From NCBI GenBank assembly GCA_963830915.1, contig CAWHOE010000034.1, positions 11,839 to 75,838 on the forward strand: 64,000 nucleotides of DNA, in the 5' to 3' direction. Below the pieces are notes generated by a model. It did no database searches. It was not told the DNA's origin and saw nothing but the letters and a program-made list of their open reading frames with translations. The number at the start of each line of letters is the position of its first letter. Position 1 is the stretch's first letter. Below are positions 20,131-30,372 of the stretch, in pieces. The position numbers and the translations under genes are program-made. This DNA is from a candidate division FCPU426 bacterium (lineage in GTDB: Bacteria; Oederibacteriota; Muellerivitia; Muellerivitales; Muellerivitaceae).

Positions 20131-20661
20131 ATGTCAAAGCGCTGGTACGTCATCAATACCTATTCGGGATACGAAGCTAAGGTTAAGACCAACCTTGAGA
20201 ACCGTATCAAAAGTATGAAGATGGAGGACAAGATCTTCCAGATCCTGATTCCCTCCGAGGAGGTGACCGAGACGCGCGGCGGCAAGAAGCGGATCGCAAA
20301 CAAGAAATTCTTCCCCGGCTATATCCTGGTGGAAATGGACATGGACGAGAACTCCTGGTCGGTAGTTCGCAATACACCCAAGGTAACCAGCTTCGTGGGT
20401 TCGGGCAACAAGCCGATTCCACTGCCGGATGAGGAAGTCACCGCCATCTTGGAACATATCGGGAAGCGCCGGGAACGACGAGCTTTGAAGAGCCAATTCG
20501 AGAAGGGGGATCTGGTCAAGGTGATGGATGGACCATTCTCCAATTTCTCCGGATCGGTCGAGGAGATCAACCCGGAGCGCGAGCGCGTCAAGGTCATGGT
20601 TACGATCTTCGGACGTCAGACCCCTGTTGAACTGGAATTCCACCAGATCGAAAAGGAATAG
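20131..20661 (+). CDS. nusG: Transcription elongation factor NusG
   Basis: WYVINTYSGYE, FFPGYILV, KOW domain, IFGRQTPVEL. Confidence 0.98.
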   Translation: MSKRWYVINTYSGYEAKVKTNLENRIKSMKMEDKIFQILIPSEEVTETRGGKKRIANKKFFPGYILVEMDMDENSWSVVRNTPKVTSFVGSGNKPIPLPDEEVTAILEHIGKRRERRALKSQFEKGDLVKVMDGPFSNFSGSVEEINPERERVKVMVTIFGRQTPVELEFHQIEKE

Positions 20662-20712
20662 AAGAACAATCCCCCGCGTCAAGGCGCGGGTAGAAAGTAG
20701 AAGGAAAGTTTC

Positions 20713-21139
20713 ATGGCAAAAGAATTATCAGCAATGGTCAAACTCCAGATCCCGGCGGGGAAGGCCAATCCGGCCCCTCCTGTTGGACCGGCCCTGGGGC
20801 AGCACGGCGTCAATATCATGGAGTTCTGCAAGCAATTCAACGCGGCGACCCAGAAACAGGATGGCCTGATCATACCGGTGGTCATCTCCATTTATAAGGA
20901 TCGGTCGTTCACATTCATTACCAAAACCCCTCCGGCTTCGGTGTTGCTATTGAAGGCCGCGGGTTTGGCCAAAGGATTCGGCCGTTCCCAACAAGACAAA
21001 GGTCGGCAAAGTGACCGCCAAACAGGTGGAGGAGATCGCCAAGACCAAGATGCCTGATCTCAACGCTCAGAAATTGGATTCCGCCGTCCGGATGGTCGAA
21101 GGAACGGCTCGCAGTATGGGGATCGAAGTTCAAAAGTAA
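20713..21139 (+). CDS. rplK: 50S ribosomal protein L11, with an apparent +1 indel at about 20977
   Basis: N-terminus [13 protein letters not shown]. Removing one T in GGATTCGGCC restores [12 protein letters not shown]...[12 protein letters not shown], giving 141 aa. Confidence 0.93.
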
Positions 21140-21200
21140 GGAAGTCAAGCGATCGGACCTTGGTGTTGAGCCTGGGAATGGCCGCTAAAAAAGAATGACT

Positions 21201-21239
21201 GTGGGAGCTTCGCCATTAGAGGCGGGGCGTTTGGACCAC
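21201..21239 (+). promoter_or_regulatory. Putative L1-binding leader between rplK and rplA
   Basis: GTGGGAG...hairpin...GACCAC directly before the rplA SD, resembling L1 autoregulatory sites. Confidence 0.55.
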
Positions 21240-21250
21240 GGGAGGAAAAC

Positions 21251-21964
21251 ATGAAGAAAGCTAGCAAGAGAGTCCGGAAGAACAACGAATTGGTTGACCG
21301 CACCAAGATCTATCCCCTGGCCGAAGCTGTCAGCGTACTGAAAAAGGCGGCCCCCGCCAAGTTCAACGAAACCGTCGAATTACACATTAAATTAGGGGTC
21401 GACCCCAAAAAGGCAGACCAACAAGTACGTGGAACGGTTTCTTTGCCTAATGGCACTGGTAAGACCCTAAGGGTCGCCGTCCTTGCCAAAGGCGAGAAGG
21501 TGAAGGAAGCGGAAGCAGCAGGGGCGGATATCGCCGGTGATTCCGAATTGGTCGAAAAGATAGCGGCCGGTTTCCTGGACTTCGACATCCTGGTGGCGAC
21601 ACCCGATATCATGCGCGAAACGGGTAAATTAGGTAAAGTGCTGGGACCCAAGGGGTTGATGCCCAATCCGAAGGCCGGAACGGTCACCCAAGACGTGGCC
21701 CGGGCGGTCAAGGAAATCAAAGCTGGTAAGATCGAATACCGCGTGGATGACCAAGGTATCTGCCATACGGGGATCGGTAAGATCCAGTTCGGCGAGCCCC
21801 AGATCGTCGAGAACGCCCAGACCCTCATCAAGACACTGGTTTCGGTCAAGCCCGCGTCCGCCAAGGGAACCTATCTGATTTCGGCTTATCTGACCTCAAG
21901 CATGGGTCCTGGAATAAAGGTGGACACTACCGAGTTCACGAAGAGCACGGCGAAGAATCTATAA
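21251..21964 (+). CDS. rplA: 50S ribosomal protein L1
   Basis: [23 protein letters not shown] and TSSMGPGI. Confidence 0.98.
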   Translation: MKKASKRVRKNNELVDRTKIYPLAEAVSVLKKAAPAKFNETVELHIKLGVDPKKADQQVRGTVSLPNGTGKTLRVAVLAKGEKVKEAEAAGADIAGDSELVEKIAAGFLDFDILVATPDIMRETGKLGKVLGPKGLMPNPKAGTVTQDVARAVKEIKAGKIEYRVDDQGICHTGIGKIQFGEPQIVENAQTLIKTLVSVKPASAKGTYLISAYLTSSMGPGIKVDTTEFTKSTAKNL

Positions 21965-22160
21965 GAGCTGGTGACATCCCCGGTCTTGAGAGGTTTGGGG
22001 TATTTAAGATGCGGAATCGATGGACCCTTTCGACCTTTACGATCGAATGGGTAGCGGACCGAAGAGTGGGCTGATTCCATCCTTCGGTTCGTCAGTTCGA
22101 TCCTTGAGGGGATCGAAAACCGTGTTTGGGGGAAGGGAAGTTTACTCCCCTCGATCGCGG

Positions 22161-22237
22161 GGATCTCGAAAACAGCGGGCGGCCTTCAGCTTTCTTTGTC
22201 GGCTGAAAGCCTTAATGAATGCCTGCCGAGACGATCC
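22161..22237 (+). promoter_or_regulatory. L10 leader RNA
   Basis: CTCGAAAACAGCGGGC...CTTAA...GCCTGCCGAG matches the L10 leader pattern upstream of rplJ. Confidence 0.7.
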
Positions 22238-22260
22238 GGAAGATCAAGGATATACCAATA

Positions 22261-22295
22261 CCCTTCATCCGGTCGTTTCGGGTGAGGGGTTTTTT
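22261..22295 (+). terminator. Intrinsic terminator/attenuator in the rplJ leader
   Basis: CCCTTCATCCGG-loop-TCGGGTGAGGGG followed by TTTTTT. Confidence 0.6.
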
Positions 22296-22350
22296 ATTTC
22301 AATCCCCCAACCCCATATTCGAAATTTATTCCGAAAAGGCGGTGATTTTT

Positions 22351-22893
22351 TTGACAGGAGAGAAAAGAGAACCAAGACCAGAGAAGGTCGAGGAAGTGAA
22401 GGAACTGATGGATAAGGTCCAATCAGCCAAGTCGGCGGTGATCACCGGGTATACCGGTTTGACGGTGGAGGAGGTCACCCAACTTAGGGCGCAGCTATTC
22501 CACGCGAAGGTCGAGTACCACGTGGTGAAGAACAACCTGGCCCGCTTGGCCTTGAACAAATCCAACATTACCGTTCTGGATGATCTGCTGGTGGGTCCGA
22601 CCGCCATCGCTTTAGCGATGGGGGACGCGATCGCCCCGGCCAGGGTCCTTTCCAAATTCGCCAAGGAGCATGAGAAGCTGACCTTGCGCGGAGGATGGAT
22701 GGACGGCCGTAAGATCACGGTTCAGGACATCAAGGCCCTGGCTAATCTGCCGAGCCGCGAGGTGCTGCTGGCGAAGATGCTGGGCAGCATGATGTCGCCC
22801 GTGTCCGGTATCGTCCAGGTTTTGGCTGGACCCATGCGCAAGCTGGTTTATGTCTTGAGCGCCGTCAAGGACGCCAAGGCCAAAGCCGCTTGA
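22351..22893 (+). CDS. rplJ: 50S ribosomal protein L10
   Basis: YTGLTVEEVTQLR, VVKNNLARLA and LPSREVLLA. TTG start after AAGGCGGTGA. Confidence 0.95.
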   Translation: MTGEKREPRPEKVEEVKELMDKVQSAKSAVITGYTGLTVEEVTQLRAQLFHAKVEYHVVKNNLARLALNKSNITVLDDLLVGPTAIALAMGDAIAPARVLSKFAKEHEKLTLRGGWMDGRKITVQDIKALANLPSREVLLAKMLGSMMSPVSGIVQVLAGPMRKLVYVLSAVKDAKAKAA

Positions 22894-22960
22894 TCTATTC
22901 ACCCTGCCCAGGACCCTCAAGGGACCGGGCGTAATTTAAAATTAACGGAGGAAGTTGAAA

Positions 22961-23338
22961 ATGCCTACTTTAACAAAGGATGAGTTGATCACCGCCATCG
23001 AATCGATGAGCGTTCTAGAATTGAGCGAGCTGGTCAAGGCCCTCGAGACCAAGTTCGGCGTCTCGGCCGCCGCTCCTGTCGCGGTCGCTGCCGCCGGAGC
23101 CGGAGCCGCAGCCGCTGCCGAGGAAAAGACCGCTTTTGACGTTATCCTCAAAGCCGCTGGCGCCAATAAGATCGGCGTCATCAAGGTCGTCCGGGAAGTG
23201 ACTGGATTGGGCCTGAAAGAAGCCAAGGATCTGGTCGATGGAGCCCCTAAGTCCGTGAAGTCGGGTGTTTCCAAGGCCGAGGCTGACGGTATCGTCGCCA
23301 AGTTCAAGGAAAGCGGCGCCGAACTCGAGGTCAAGTAA
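22961..23338 (+). CDS. rplL: 50S ribosomal protein L7/L12
   Basis: Ala-rich hinge, [18 protein letters not shown] and [11 protein letters not shown]. Confidence 0.98.
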   Translation: MPTLTKDELITAIESMSVLELSELVKALETKFGVSAAAPVAVAAAGAGAAAAAEEKTAFDVILKAAGANKIGVIKVVREVTGLGLKEAKDLVDGAPKSVKSGVSKAEADGIVAKFKESGAELEVK

Positions 23339-23352
23339 CCACTTTGTTTTCG

Positions 23353-23389
23353 GGCCCCGTTTCCCTTTGGGAGACGGGGCCTTTTTTTT
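23353..23389 (+). terminator. Rho-independent terminator after rplL
   Basis: GGCCCCGTTTCCC-TTT-GGGAGACGGGGCC followed by T8. Confidence 0.9.
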
Positions 23390-23440
23390 ATCAATAACCC
23401 CTTGAAAGGTGATAATTTAAATCACTTTTTGGAGGCGAAC

Positions 23441-24103
23441 TTGAAGCGCGACAAAGGACTGTTCATTTCTTTCGAGGGCACGGAAGGCGCGGGTAAATCG
23501 ACCCAGCAGAAATATTTTTGTGTCTATTTGAAAGACCGCGGTATTCCGTACCTTTTCACCCGCGAGCCGGGCGGGACTTCCTTCGGGAATCTTGTTCGAA
23601 AGAACCTCTTGAACCCCAACCTTACCATCGTTCCCAAGGCCGAGTTGTTCCTGTTCCTGGCCGACCGGGCCCAGCATGTGGAAGAAACCATCCGACCAGC
23701 CCTGGAAAGGGGCCAGATCGTTGTTTGCGATCGTTATATCGACTCGACCCTGGCCTACCAGGGCGGAGGACGTGGGATGAATTGGGGATTCCTGGAAAAA
23801 CTCAATGATCTCAGCACGGACTCCCTTAAACCCGATCTGACCCTGGTCTTCGATCTGCCGGTCCACGAGGGTTTTAAACGCAAATATCGCAACACCCGTA
23901 ATTGGGCCGGGGACCGCATTGAGAAGGAAAAAAGGGATTTCCACCAGCGGGTCCGACAGTCGTTCCATAAGATCGCCAAAGCGGAGCCCCGACGGGTCCA
24001 AATGATCGATTCCAGCAAGAGCAAGGAAGAAGTGAAAAAAGAGATGTTCAAAGTCATCAAAGCTTCTTTATCAGCTGGATGGCGCCGAAAGATATTCGCT
24101 TAA
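23441..24103 (+). CDS. tmk: Thymidylate kinase
   Basis: FEGTEGAGKST, TREPGG and CDRYIDST. TTG start after GGAGG. Confidence 0.95.
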   Translation: MKRDKGLFISFEGTEGAGKSTQQKYFCVYLKDRGIPYLFTREPGGTSFGNLVRKNLLNPNLTIVPKAELFLFLADRAQHVEETIRPALERGQIVVCDRYIDSTLAYQGGGRGMNWGFLEKLNDLSTDSLKPDLTLVFDLPVHEGFKRKYRNTRNWAGDRIEKEKRDFHQRVRQSFHKIAKAEPRRVQMIDSSKSKEEVKKEMFKVIKASLSAGWRRKIFA

Positions 24104-24116
24104 CGATCGAAAGAGG

Positions 24117-25199
24117 TTGGCTTTGCCCGATTTCATCATTCCCAGACTGGAAAAGTTGGATTCCCAACCGGAAGTACAAAAACTACTTTTGGGGATCAAG
24201 GATTATCCAGGTGTGCAGACCTTTCTTTGGACTGGCCCGGAAGGAACCGGCAAAAGAACCTATGCCCTAGCCTGGGTGAGGAGCCTTTTTTGCAAGGAAG
24301 GACTCGATTGCCCTGGTTGCGCGACCTGCAAACAGGTCCTGAACAAGACCCATTCAGATCTATTTTGGGTTCATCGAGAGCATTTTTGGGCGGAAGACGA
24401 TAAGGAAAAGAGCAAGACCGAGACAACGGTCAAGGTGATCCGTCGTTTGACCGATAAATTGAACCAAGCTCCCCTTTCTGCGCCTTATAAAGTGGCCATC
24501 GTCCCTGCCGCCGACGAAATGAATGAGGAAGCCCAAAATATTTTTTTGAAGACCTTGGAGGAACCTCCTTCCAATACCTTTGTCGTCCTTTTGGCCGAAA
24601 AATCAGGGAATTTCATATCGACCGTTCTATCTCGGTGCCGGCCCATAAGATTCCCTCAGGTTCCCTTTCATCGGGTTGAAGAAATTTTGGTCAAGGACCA
24701 AGGGTGGACAAGGGAAGACGCGAAAAAAGCATCCCTGGAATGCCGTGGGAACATCACTTTGGCCCTTCGTGCGGCCGACCCGGTTTGGATGGATTTTCGA
24801 CAAAAGGTCCAGGAAGATTGGGATAGGGGTCTCGGTGGAAACGAAGAGGACTGGCTGATGCTTGCCAACGAGTACGATCAATGGGAGCCGGACATCCTGG
24901 ATGACAGGGAAAGAACAGCGACCCAGCGAAAATCGCTGGTTCTTCAGGAGGCTTTTTCGGTCGTCGTTGGGCTTTGGGAAAGAAGGTTGTTGGGGGAGGC
25001 CCCGATTCCAGAGCGTCTGAAGGGTTTTCCGCCGATTGACGTACTGAAAAGCGTCCAGAGACATCAGGACCTGGCGAACGAAACAACATTATCCCTGAAA
25101 ATGGTCATGGACCATCTGTTCATGGAACTTAGGGATGGCCTCAAGCGTGGCGGGTTAGCCCATCATTCGGTGGGTGAAAGCGCCGTCCAAATCATTTAA
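24117..25199 (+). CDS. holB: DNA polymerase III delta' subunit
   Basis: GPEGTGK, Zn module, AQNIFLKTLEEPP and TVLSRC. Follows tmk. Confidence 0.88.
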   Translation: MALPDFIIPRLEKLDSQPEVQKLLLGIKDYPGVQTFLWTGPEGTGKRTYALAWVRSLFCKEGLDCPGCATCKQVLNKTHSDLFWVHREHFWAEDDKEKSKTETTVKVIRRLTDKLNQAPLSAPYKVAIVPAADEMNEEAQNIFLKTLEEPPSNTFVVLLAEKSGNFISTVLSRCRPIRFPQVPFHRVEEILVKDQGWTREDAKKASLECRGNITLALRAADPVWMDFRQKVQEDWDRGLGGNEEDWLMLANEYDQWEPDILDDRERTATQRKSLVLQEAFSVVVGLWERRLLGEAPIPERLKGFPPIDVLKSVQRHQDLANETTLSLKMVMDHLFMELRDGLKRGGLAHHSVGESAVQII

Positions 25200-25210
25200 C
25201 GGAGAAGCGA

Positions 25211-26785
25211 ATGTCGGAAATGAAGAAGACTTTTTATGTGACCACCCCAATTTATTATGTGAATGACGTGCCCCATATCGGACACGCTTATTGCACGGTG
25301 GGCGCTGATGCCATGGCCCGTTTCAAACGGATGGATGGTTATGAGGTTTGGTTCTTGACCGGGACCGATGAACATGGCCAAAAAATCGAGAAAACCGCCA
25401 AAGAACAAGGCATCACGCCCAAGGAACTGGCGGACCGAGTGGTGGAAAGGTTCAAGGAAGCCTGGAAAAAGCTGGGGATTTCGAATGATGATTTCATCCG
25501 CACCACCGAGGAGAGGCATAAGGCCCCGGCGAGGGAATTCTTCAAAAGGGTCCTGGACAAGGGATACATCTATCAAGGGGAATATGAGGGATGGTATTGC
25601 CTTCCAGACGAGAAGTTTCTCCTTGATTCGGAAGTTGTGGATGGGAAATGTCCCGATTGCGGAAGGACTGTGGAACGTATCAAGGAACATAATTATTTTT
25701 TCGCCATGTCCAAGTTCCAAAAACAGTTGGAAAAGCACTTGGATGAGAATCCGGATTTCATCCAGCCCGATACCCGCAAGAACGAGTTGGTGAATAATTT
25801 CATCAAACCGGGTTTGGCGGACGTTTCCATTACCCGTAACAGTGTTCAATGGGGCATTCCCGCGCCAGTCCCTGAAAAAACGGTGCTATACGTATGGTTC
25901 GACGCCCTATTGAACTATATCACCGCCCTTGGTTGGCCTAACGGGGAAATGTACAAGAAGTTCTGGAAAGGCGAAGGGGTGGAACGACACGAGACTATCA
26001 ACCTGATCGGGAAGGACATCCTTCGTTTCCATGCCACCATCTGGCCTACCATGCTCATGGCCGCCGGAGAGCCACTCCCTCAGCGTGTTTTTGGCACTGG
26101 TTATATCAATAAGGATGGGAAGAAAATGTCCAAGAGCTTGGGGAATGTGGTGGACCCTTTCGACCTGGTGGAGAAATTCGGCCCCGATGCCCTTCGTTAT
26201 TATCTCTTGCGGGAGATCCCTTTTGGTCTGGACGGTAACTATACGGACGCTGCCTTTGAATTGCGGTTCAATGGTGATCTGGCCAATGACCTGGGGAATC
26301 TGGTCCATCGAAGTTTGACCATGTTGGAGAAATATTTCAACGGTACCATACCCCAATCGGGTCCAGAGGGTAATTTAGAGGCTGAGTTAAGGTCGATTGC
26401 CATTTCCTACGCCCCCCAAGCCCGTCAAACCATGGTGACCTTCGATTTCCCCACGACCCTATCCTCGGCCTGGGACTTAGTGAAAAGGGCAAATAAATAC
26501 ATCGAGGAATCGGCTCCTTGGAAGGTGGCCAAGGAAGGCGAAGCAGGGAAGGAAAAACTGGCGACTATCATGTTTTCCCTGATGGAATCTCTCCGAGTGA
26601 CGGCTATCGCCATCGCCCCCTTCATGCCTTTCACGGCTTCAGCCATCTGGAAACAACTGGGTTACTCGGATGACGTTCACCACCATTCGCTCCAGGAAAC
26701 CGAGAGTTGGGGGAAGATACTAGTCGGGCAGAAAATCGCCAAGGGACAACCTCTTTTCCCTCGCATCGAGAAAGAAAAGAAATAA
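25211..26785 (+). CDS. metG: Methionine-tRNA ligase (short form)
   Basis: HIGH, KMSKS, YVWFDAL and GKDILRFH. No C-terminal tRNA-binding domain. Confidence 0.97.
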   Translation: MSEMKKTFYVTTPIYYVNDVPHIGHAYCTVGADAMARFKRMDGYEVWFLTGTDEHGQKIEKTAKEQGITPKELADRVVERFKEAWKKLGISNDDFIRTTEERHKAPAREFFKRVLDKGYIYQGEYEGWYCLPDEKFLLDSEVVDGKCPDCGRTVERIKEHNYFFAMSKFQKQLEKHLDENPDFIQPDTRKNELVNNFIKPGLADVSITRNSVQWGIPAPVPEKTVLYVWFDALLNYITALGWPNGEMYKKFWKGEGVERHETINLIGKDILRFHATIWPTMLMAAGEPLPQRVFGTGYINKDGKKMSKSLGNVVDPFDLVEKFGPDALRYYLLREIPFGLDGNYTDAAFELRFNGDLANDLGNLVHRSLTMLEKYFNGTIPQSGPEGNLEAELRSIAISYAPQARQTMVTFDFPTTLSSAWDLVKRANKYIEESAPWKVAKEGEAGKEKLATIMFSLMESLRVTAIAIAPFMPFTASAIWKQLGYSDDVHHHSLQETESWGKILVGQKIAKGQPLFPRIEKEKK

Positions 26786-27553
26786 ATGGCCGGACTCATC
26801 GACACGCACTGTCACTTGGATGACGAAAGACTGGTCGGAGAAGAAAAGGATATTCTCCAAAGGTGCCGGGAGGCGGGAGTGGGAATCTGTGTCACGATCG
26901 GCACGGACGAAATCACGTCAAAGGCGGCAGCCGTCCTGGCTTCCCGCCATCCTGGGATAATTTACCACACGGTAGGCGCCCATCCCAATGACGCTGACCG
27001 ATTCACGGAAGTGGAGTTGTCTGAAATAGAAGGTTTGGCCCGAGAAACCCGCCCAATAGCTATCGGCGAGGTGGGACTGGATTATTTCCATTCCGCCGAC
27101 CGGATCAAGCAAAAAGTCCTTTTTGCCCGAATGATCCGGTTGGCCCATCAAATCTCTTTGCCCCTAGTGATCCATGATCGGGACGCTCACGAAGATATCT
27201 ACCAACAACTCAAAATGGAAGCTTCGGGAATGAAGATCCTAATGCATTGCTATTCGGCTGGAACAGCCTTTGTGGAAAGATTCCTTGATATGGGTTGTTA
27301 TTTTTCCGTCGCGGGTCCGGTCACCTTCAAGAATGGGCAAGATGTGAGGGATGCCGTGAAACTCATCCCCTTGGATAGGATCGTAGTCGAGACGGATGCC
27401 CCTTATTTAGCTCCCCATCCTAATCGGGGAAAACGCAATGAGCCGTCCTTTGTGAAATTCACCGCGGAAAAGGTGGCTGAGGTCAAAGGAATCCCTTTCT
27501 CAGAACTGGCTGAAGTGACTACAAACAACGCCAAGAAATTCTTCGGGATATAA
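26786..27553 (+). CDS. tatD: TatD-family hydrolase
   Basis: DTHCHL, GEVGLDY, IHDRDA and ETDAPYL. Confidence 0.93.
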   Translation: MAGLIDTHCHLDDERLVGEEKDILQRCREAGVGICVTIGTDEITSKAAAVLASRHPGIIYHTVGAHPNDADRFTEVELSEIEGLARETRPIAIGEVGLDYFHSADRIKQKVLFARMIRLAHQISLPLVIHDRDAHEDIYQQLKMEASGMKILMHCYSAGTAFVERFLDMGCYFSVAGPVTFKNGQDVRDAVKLIPLDRIVVETDAPYLAPHPNRGKRNEPSFVKFTAEKVAEVKGIPFSELAEVTTNNAKKFFGI

Positions 27554-27642
27554 CTTTTTTGATGTTTTGACCCTCGCTTACGGCTCGAAAAAATGTCGAG
27601 GTTCGGTCCGTTCCTTTTATGATATTAAGCAGGAGATTGAAT

Positions 27643-27786
27643 ATGTTGGATGAACCACTGGAAGAACGGAATATTAGCAAGCCAAGCAAACTTAGAAACG
27701 TCTTGTTCTTGATCGTCATGGTGTTATTAACGGCTTTGTTCTTATTCCTTCTCTACTTAGCTCTCATGAATCGAATAAAAGAATAG
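27643..27786 (+). CDS. 47-aa single-pass membrane protein, not in the ORF track
   Basis: SD AGGAG at 27631. Translation MLDEPLEERNISKPSKLRNVLFLIVMVLLTALFLFLLYLALMNRIKE. Confidence 0.6.
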   Translation: MLDEPLEERNISKPSKLRNVLFLIVMVLLTALFLFLLYLALMNRIKE

Positions 27787-27920
27787 GATTTTCGATCCGC
27801 CATAAAGCCGGTTCTTTAAGGCTCAAAGCGGGTTTTGCGTTCTTTTCCGTACCCTACTATTGGCTTTAAAGCCCTTCTGAGTAAAATAACCCCTCCATTC
27901 CATCCTGAAAGGCTGGTCCC

Positions 27921-28946
27921 ATGATCCGTGAAGCATTGGTCAAACTGTCCCAAAAACAGCAGCTTTCCGAAAAGGAAGCTTATGACTGCATGATCGAGAT
28001 ACTGGAAGGCACGGCTCTTCCGACCCAAGTAGCCGCTTATCTGGCCTTTTTGAACCTGGAATTCGAGACATCTGATGAGGTCGTCGGCAGTGTCAAGGCC
28101 ATGAGGGAAAAGATGGTGCGCCTTAACGCCGAAGGTTTGGAAGCCATCGATGTTTGCGGGACCGGTGGGGACCAAAAAGGGACATTCAACATCTCCACCA
28201 CCGCTTCGCTGGTCCTTGCCGGCGGGGGAGTGAAGGTCGCTAAGCATGGTAATCGGGCGGCATCCAGCAAATGCGGGAGCGCCGAAGTCCTGGAAGCCCT
28301 AGGAGTCAAGATCGACCCGACTGTCCCGGTCCTGGAGAGGTGCCTAAGGGAAGCGGGAACGGCGTTCCTTTTCGCGCCCCATTTCCATCCCGCGATGAAG
28401 AACGTCGCTTCCATCCGAAAAGAGCTTGGATTCCGCACCATCTTCAACGTATTGGGACCCATGAGCAATCCCGCCTCGGTCAAAAGGCAGGTCATCGGGG
28501 TCTATGATCCCCAAAGGGCCCGCTTGATGGCGGAAGCCTTGATACAGTCGGGGACCCAAAGAGTGGTTACGCTGCACAGCAAGGACGGATTGGACGAGGT
28601 ATCCTGCGCTGACGAAACCTTTCTTTGGGAATACCGGGTGGATCAAGGCAAGGGGACCAGCCGGGTTTCGGAAGTCATCCGACCTGAATATTTCGGGTTC
28701 AAACGCAGATCTCTGGAAGAAATCAAAGGCTTGGACGCGGTCACGAACGCCAAGATCATTATGGAAGTCCTGGAAGGGGCAAAAGGTCCTTACCGGGAGG
28801 CGGTAGTCATGAACGCGGCGGTCGGCTTTTACGTAGCGGATAAGTGTCCCCAGATATTGGACGGAAGAGCTCTAGCCGAGGAATCCATCGACTCGGGAAA
28901 GGCTTTGAGGGCCTTGAAAAAACTGCAAGAAGTGTCCTGTTCATGA
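27921..28946 (+). CDS. trpD: Anthranilate phosphoribosyltransferase
   Basis: DVCGTGGD, FNISTT, KHGNRAASS and RTIFNVLGP. Confidence 0.97.
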   Translation: MIREALVKLSQKQQLSEKEAYDCMIEILEGTALPTQVAAYLAFLNLEFETSDEVVGSVKAMREKMVRLNAEGLEAIDVCGTGGDQKGTFNISTTASLVLAGGGVKVAKHGNRAASSKCGSAEVLEALGVKIDPTVPVLERCLREAGTAFLFAPHFHPAMKNVASIRKELGFRTIFNVLGPMSNPASVKRQVIGVYDPQRARLMAEALIQSGTQRVVTLHSKDGLDEVSCADETFLWEYRVDQGKGTSRVSEVIRPEYFGFKRRSLEEIKGLDAVTNAKIIMEVLEGAKGPYREAVVMNAAVGFYVADKCPQILDGRALAEESIDSGKALRALKKLQEVSCS

Positions 28947-29728
28947 GCATCCTTGAGAAGATCGCCGAAACCAAACGGGAGGAAGTCGCCCGACTGAAAA
29001 GGGAAAGAGGATTGGTTTCCCTCAGATCTGGAGCGCTTTCCCAAATCCCGGCCATGGATTTTCGGAAGGCTATCTTTCGGCCAGGAAAACTATCCTTGAT
29101 CGGGGAGATCAAGAAAGCCAGCCCGTCAAAAGGGGTGTTGCGGGAGGATTTCCAGGTCGAATTCCTGGCCCGAACTTATGCCAAGGCCGGAGCCAATGCC
29201 CTTTCCATTCTGACCGATGTTACCTATTTCCAAGGCGCGCTTGCCAACCTGCCGAAGGGGAAAACTTCCTCGGGTTTGCCTGTGCTTCGTAAGGATTTCC
29301 TGATCGATGAACATCAGGTATATGAAGCTCGAGAGGCGGGGGCGGACGCCGTTCTTTTGATCGTGGGTTTGCTTTCCTTGGCCCAATTGAAAGATCTGCA
29401 AGCTCTGGCAAACCAGTTGGGAATGACTTCATTGGTCGAGATCCATGATCCGATGGAACTGGAAACGGCCATGAAAGCCAAAGTTTTCCTTCTGGGGATT
29501 AACAATCGAAATTTGAATGATTTCAAAGTCACACTTCAAACCTCGCTGGACCTGATGAAAGGTTTGCCCAAGGACCTGCCGGTGGTCAGTGAGAGCGGCA
29601 TTTTTACCCGGGCTGACGCCGTGAAATTGCGTGAAAATGGTGCTTCCGCCATATTGGTCGGCGAGGCATTCATGACATCTCCCGATATTGAAGCGGCTGT
29701 AAGGGCGCTTCTCCCCGAGGACCGTTGA
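28943..29728 (+). CDS. trpC: Indole-3-glycerol phosphate synthase
   Basis: EIKKASPSKG, LRKDF, GINNRNL and VSESGI. Confidence 0.96.
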   Translation: MSILEKIAETKREEVARLKRERGLVSLRSGALSQIPAMDFRKAIFRPGKLSLIGEIKKASPSKGVLREDFQVEFLARTYAKAGANALSILTDVTYFQGALANLPKGKTSSGLPVLRKDFLIDEHQVYEAREAGADAVLLIVGLLSLAQLKDLQALANQLGMTSLVEIHDPMELETAMKAKVFLLGINNRNLNDFKVTLQTSLDLMKGLPKDLPVVSESGIFTRADAVKLRENGASAILVGEAFMTSPDIEAAVRALLPEDR

Positions 29729-30352
29729 ATGTTCCGGATCAAGATCTGCGGAGTGACCCGCCCTCAGGATATTCGTTGGATCGCAAAATGCGGTGCCGAC
29801 GCTATCGGGTTTCAGATGTCCCTTGGCCCCAGAAAATTGTCACCAGCGCAAGCGAGACGGTTGGTCAAACAGGTACCGCCCCTATTGACACCAGTAGGTG
29901 TTTTTGTCAATGAAACCCTTTCACAGGTGAAAAAGTTGATCAAATATTGCGGTTTCCAAGCGGCGCAATTGCACGGGGAAGAGAGTTCGGTTTTTTGTGA
30001 GGGATTGGATCTGCCTGTCATCAAAGCGATCCGAATGAAAGGGCCTGGCTCGGCTAATGGATATAAGGGCTTTCGGGTTGCGGCCTTTTTGCTCGATACC
30101 TATAATGAAAAGATGCGTGGCGGCACCGGCGAAAGGTTCCAAGCTGGATGGGCCCGCAGGGCTGCCCGGATCCTTCCGGCGCCTGTCTTGTTGGCGGGTG
30201 GGTTGAACCCTCAAAATGTCCAAAAGGCCATTTCGACCTCTAAGGCCTTCGGCGTGGATGTATCCAGCGGTGTGGAAAGCCGGCCGGGCATAAAAGATCC
30301 TAGGAAAGTTTCCCTTTTTATCAGCAAGGCGCGAAAAACATTCGTCATTTGA
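29729..30352 (+). CDS. trpF: Phosphoribosylanthranilate isomerase
   Basis: KICGVT, QLHGEE, LAGGLNP and DVSSGVE. Confidence 0.96.
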   Translation: MFRIKICGVTRPQDIRWIAKCGADAIGFQMSLGPRKLSPAQARRLVKQVPPLLTPVGVFVNETLSQVKKLIKYCGFQAAQLHGEESSVFCEGLDLPVIKAIRMKGPGSANGYKGFRVAAFLLDTYNEKMRGGTGERFQAGWARRAARILPAPVLLAGGLNPQNVQKAISTSKAFGVDVSSGVESRPGIKDPRKVSLFISKARKTFVI

Positions 30353-30372
30353 AAGGAAGTTAACCCGGACAC

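Noticed and set aside
20960-20990. Programmed ribosomal frameshift in rplK
   Set aside because: No slippery heptamer or evident stimulator. A single extra T explains it, and similar indels occur elsewhere.
27560-27920. trp attenuator or T-box
   Set aside because: No Trp-codon leader peptide and no T-box consensus seen.
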